DNA of 64,000 nt from Callorhinchus milii (lineage: Eukaryota): assembly GCF_018977255.1 (NCBI RefSeq), contig NW_024704743.1, forward strand, positions 83,082,001-83,146,000, in the 5' to 3' direction. Every line of letters begins with the position of its first letter. Position 1 is the first letter of the stretch. The notes beneath the pieces are model-generated. The model saw only the letters and a program-made list of their open reading frames with translations, did no database searches and was not told where the DNA came from. Shown here piece after piece: positions 62,420 through 64,000 of this stretch. The translations under genes were made by a program, and so were the position numbers.

Positions 62420-63130
62420 AAGTCATAATCCTTGTGTTTGATATGGCACCTTTCGCATTGGAAGGGCATCTCAAAGTTAACAGGATTTACTGTAAAGTGT
62501 GCTGACTTTAGCAGCCACTTTGTGCACAGCAATGTCCCACAGACAGCCAAGATGTGAATTGATCAATTTATCTGGTGGATTGTTGGTCAGGACACTGGGA
62601 GAAACTCACCTCCTCTTTTTGAATAGTGCTACAGGATCTTTAACCTGAACAGGCAGACAAGGCTTTGTGTTTTTGTCTCATCCAAAGGATGGAACCTCTG
62701 ATGTTGCACTGGAGTGTCAGCTTCATCTATGTCAGCTCAGAGCCTTGACGTGAGCTATGGAGTTTGAACGCACAACCTTCTGACTCAAGAGGCGAGTGTT
62801 ACCAACTGGGCCAGGCTGACATAAGAGAAATGATTATAAAAGAGTACTTTTTATATATATATATTATACATGTACTTTAAAAAATACTTTTGCTTTGTAA
62901 CAATTCAAGACCTTTGACACTATTCCAAAAGGGAAGGGAGCTCCTCCTGGTATCATGGCCAATAATCTTGCAGATAAAATTGGTCATTTGTTTCATGGCT
63001 GTTAGCAGAAAATTGTTGTGTGCAAATTGGCTGCCATGGTGGCTTACAGTTTCTACACTTTACAGTAATTCCCTTTGAAGCACGTAGGGGCATTTTGATC
63101 TATGAAGTGCTATATCAGATGTAAAAATAA
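62420..63130. mobile_element. Family B SINEs: 62420-62822 (-) and ~62910-63130 (+)
   Basis: acaaccttctgactcaagaggcgagtgttaccaactgggccaggctgaca head; Deu-type body motifs. Confidence 0.8.
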
Positions 63131-63459
63131 TTGTGCTTTCCCCTAATCCAGCTAAAACCACTCTCTGAGTTATAAGGATTGTGAGCATCCAAGTCCTTGG
63201 ATGGAGCGCTGTGAAAGAGAACTTGACCAGCCGTGATCTGTGCCTTCTTAAGTATCAATGATGGCTGCCTTGGCTCTTCTAACCTCATCCTACCTTTTCA
63301 AGAAGTGCATGTGAAACATGTACTAACTCGTATGTTAAACAAAGCCTTCTTAAGGAAAGAGTAATTTTCTTGAATATGTTACCTCTTAATTCTTGTTTTT
63401 CATTATCTCCTTTTCAATATTATGTCATCAGACCCTCCATACCTCGGGCACTGACAACA

Positions 63460-64000
63460 TCTACCTCCATCGATGCACTCTACACGTCACGGAGCCAATA
63501 CGGAATCTCTGCGTCCTGTTCGACCCTCAACTGTCCTTCGTACCCCACATACATGTCATGTCCTGCTCCGCCTTTCCCCACCTCAGCAACACCGCTCAGC
63601 TCCACCATTGTCTCACACCGCAGGCCGCCGAGACCCTCATATATGCATTCATAACATCCAGGCTCGACTGCGCAAACTCCCTGCGCGCTGGTCTCCCCAA
63701 CTCCCCCATCCATAGGCTGCAGATCATCTAGAACTCTGCAGCTCATGTTCTCTCCCGCACCAGGCACAGTGACCCTATCAACCCCACCTCTCACCTGACT
63801 CCACTGGCTTCCCATTACTCAGAGGACACAGTTCAAGATCCTGGTCCTCACTGTCAAAGCCCTCCATGGCCTTGCTCCCCACTACGTCTACGACCTTCTA
63901 ACCCCGTAACAACCTGCCCGCTCCCTACACTCAGTGGGCTCCGGCCTGCTTCACATCCCCCACCTTGCCCGCCCCACCTTTGGGAGCCGGGTCTTCAGCC
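63460..64000 (+). mobile_element. L2 LINE fragment running off the window
   Basis: RNLCVLFDPQLSFVPHI...AAETLIYAFITSRLDCANSLRAGLP...LHWLP..QRTQFKILVL. Confidence 0.9.

Larger units (their letters stand above)
55644..64000 (-). other. PTGR3: PTGR3 intron (upstream exon not found in the window)
   Basis: Polypyrimidine tract plus AG at the exon edge. No minus-strand ORF resembling the PTGR3 N-terminus in 55644-64000, which is mostly repeats. Confidence 0.75.

Overview
AT-rich, repeat-dense vertebrate genomic DNA, most likely from a cartilaginous fish. This is inferred from the repeat content: CR1 and L2 LINEs, SacSINE1/DeuSINE-like elements and a young tRNA-headed SINE with an L2-type tail. The only recognisable host gene is the terminal coding exon of PTGR3/ZADH2 on the minus strand (55643..54719), ending in a PTS1-type AKL. 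Its first exon is not visible and probably lies beyond 64000. The ~51 kb to the left has no recognisable host exons. It alternates retroelement debris, palindromic MITE-like elements and repeat-free, homeodomain-motif-rich blocks that look like conserved non-coding elements (in human, ZADH2 lies between ZNF407 and TSHZ1). The most unusual structure is a diverged tandem copy of the last 37 PTGR3 codons just after the stop. As a result, normal termination, stop readthrough and a +1 shift at the stop would give C-termini AKL, AKL and ANL, all PTS1-like. Repeat family names come from recalled consensus features, not database searches, and repeat boundaries are approximate.
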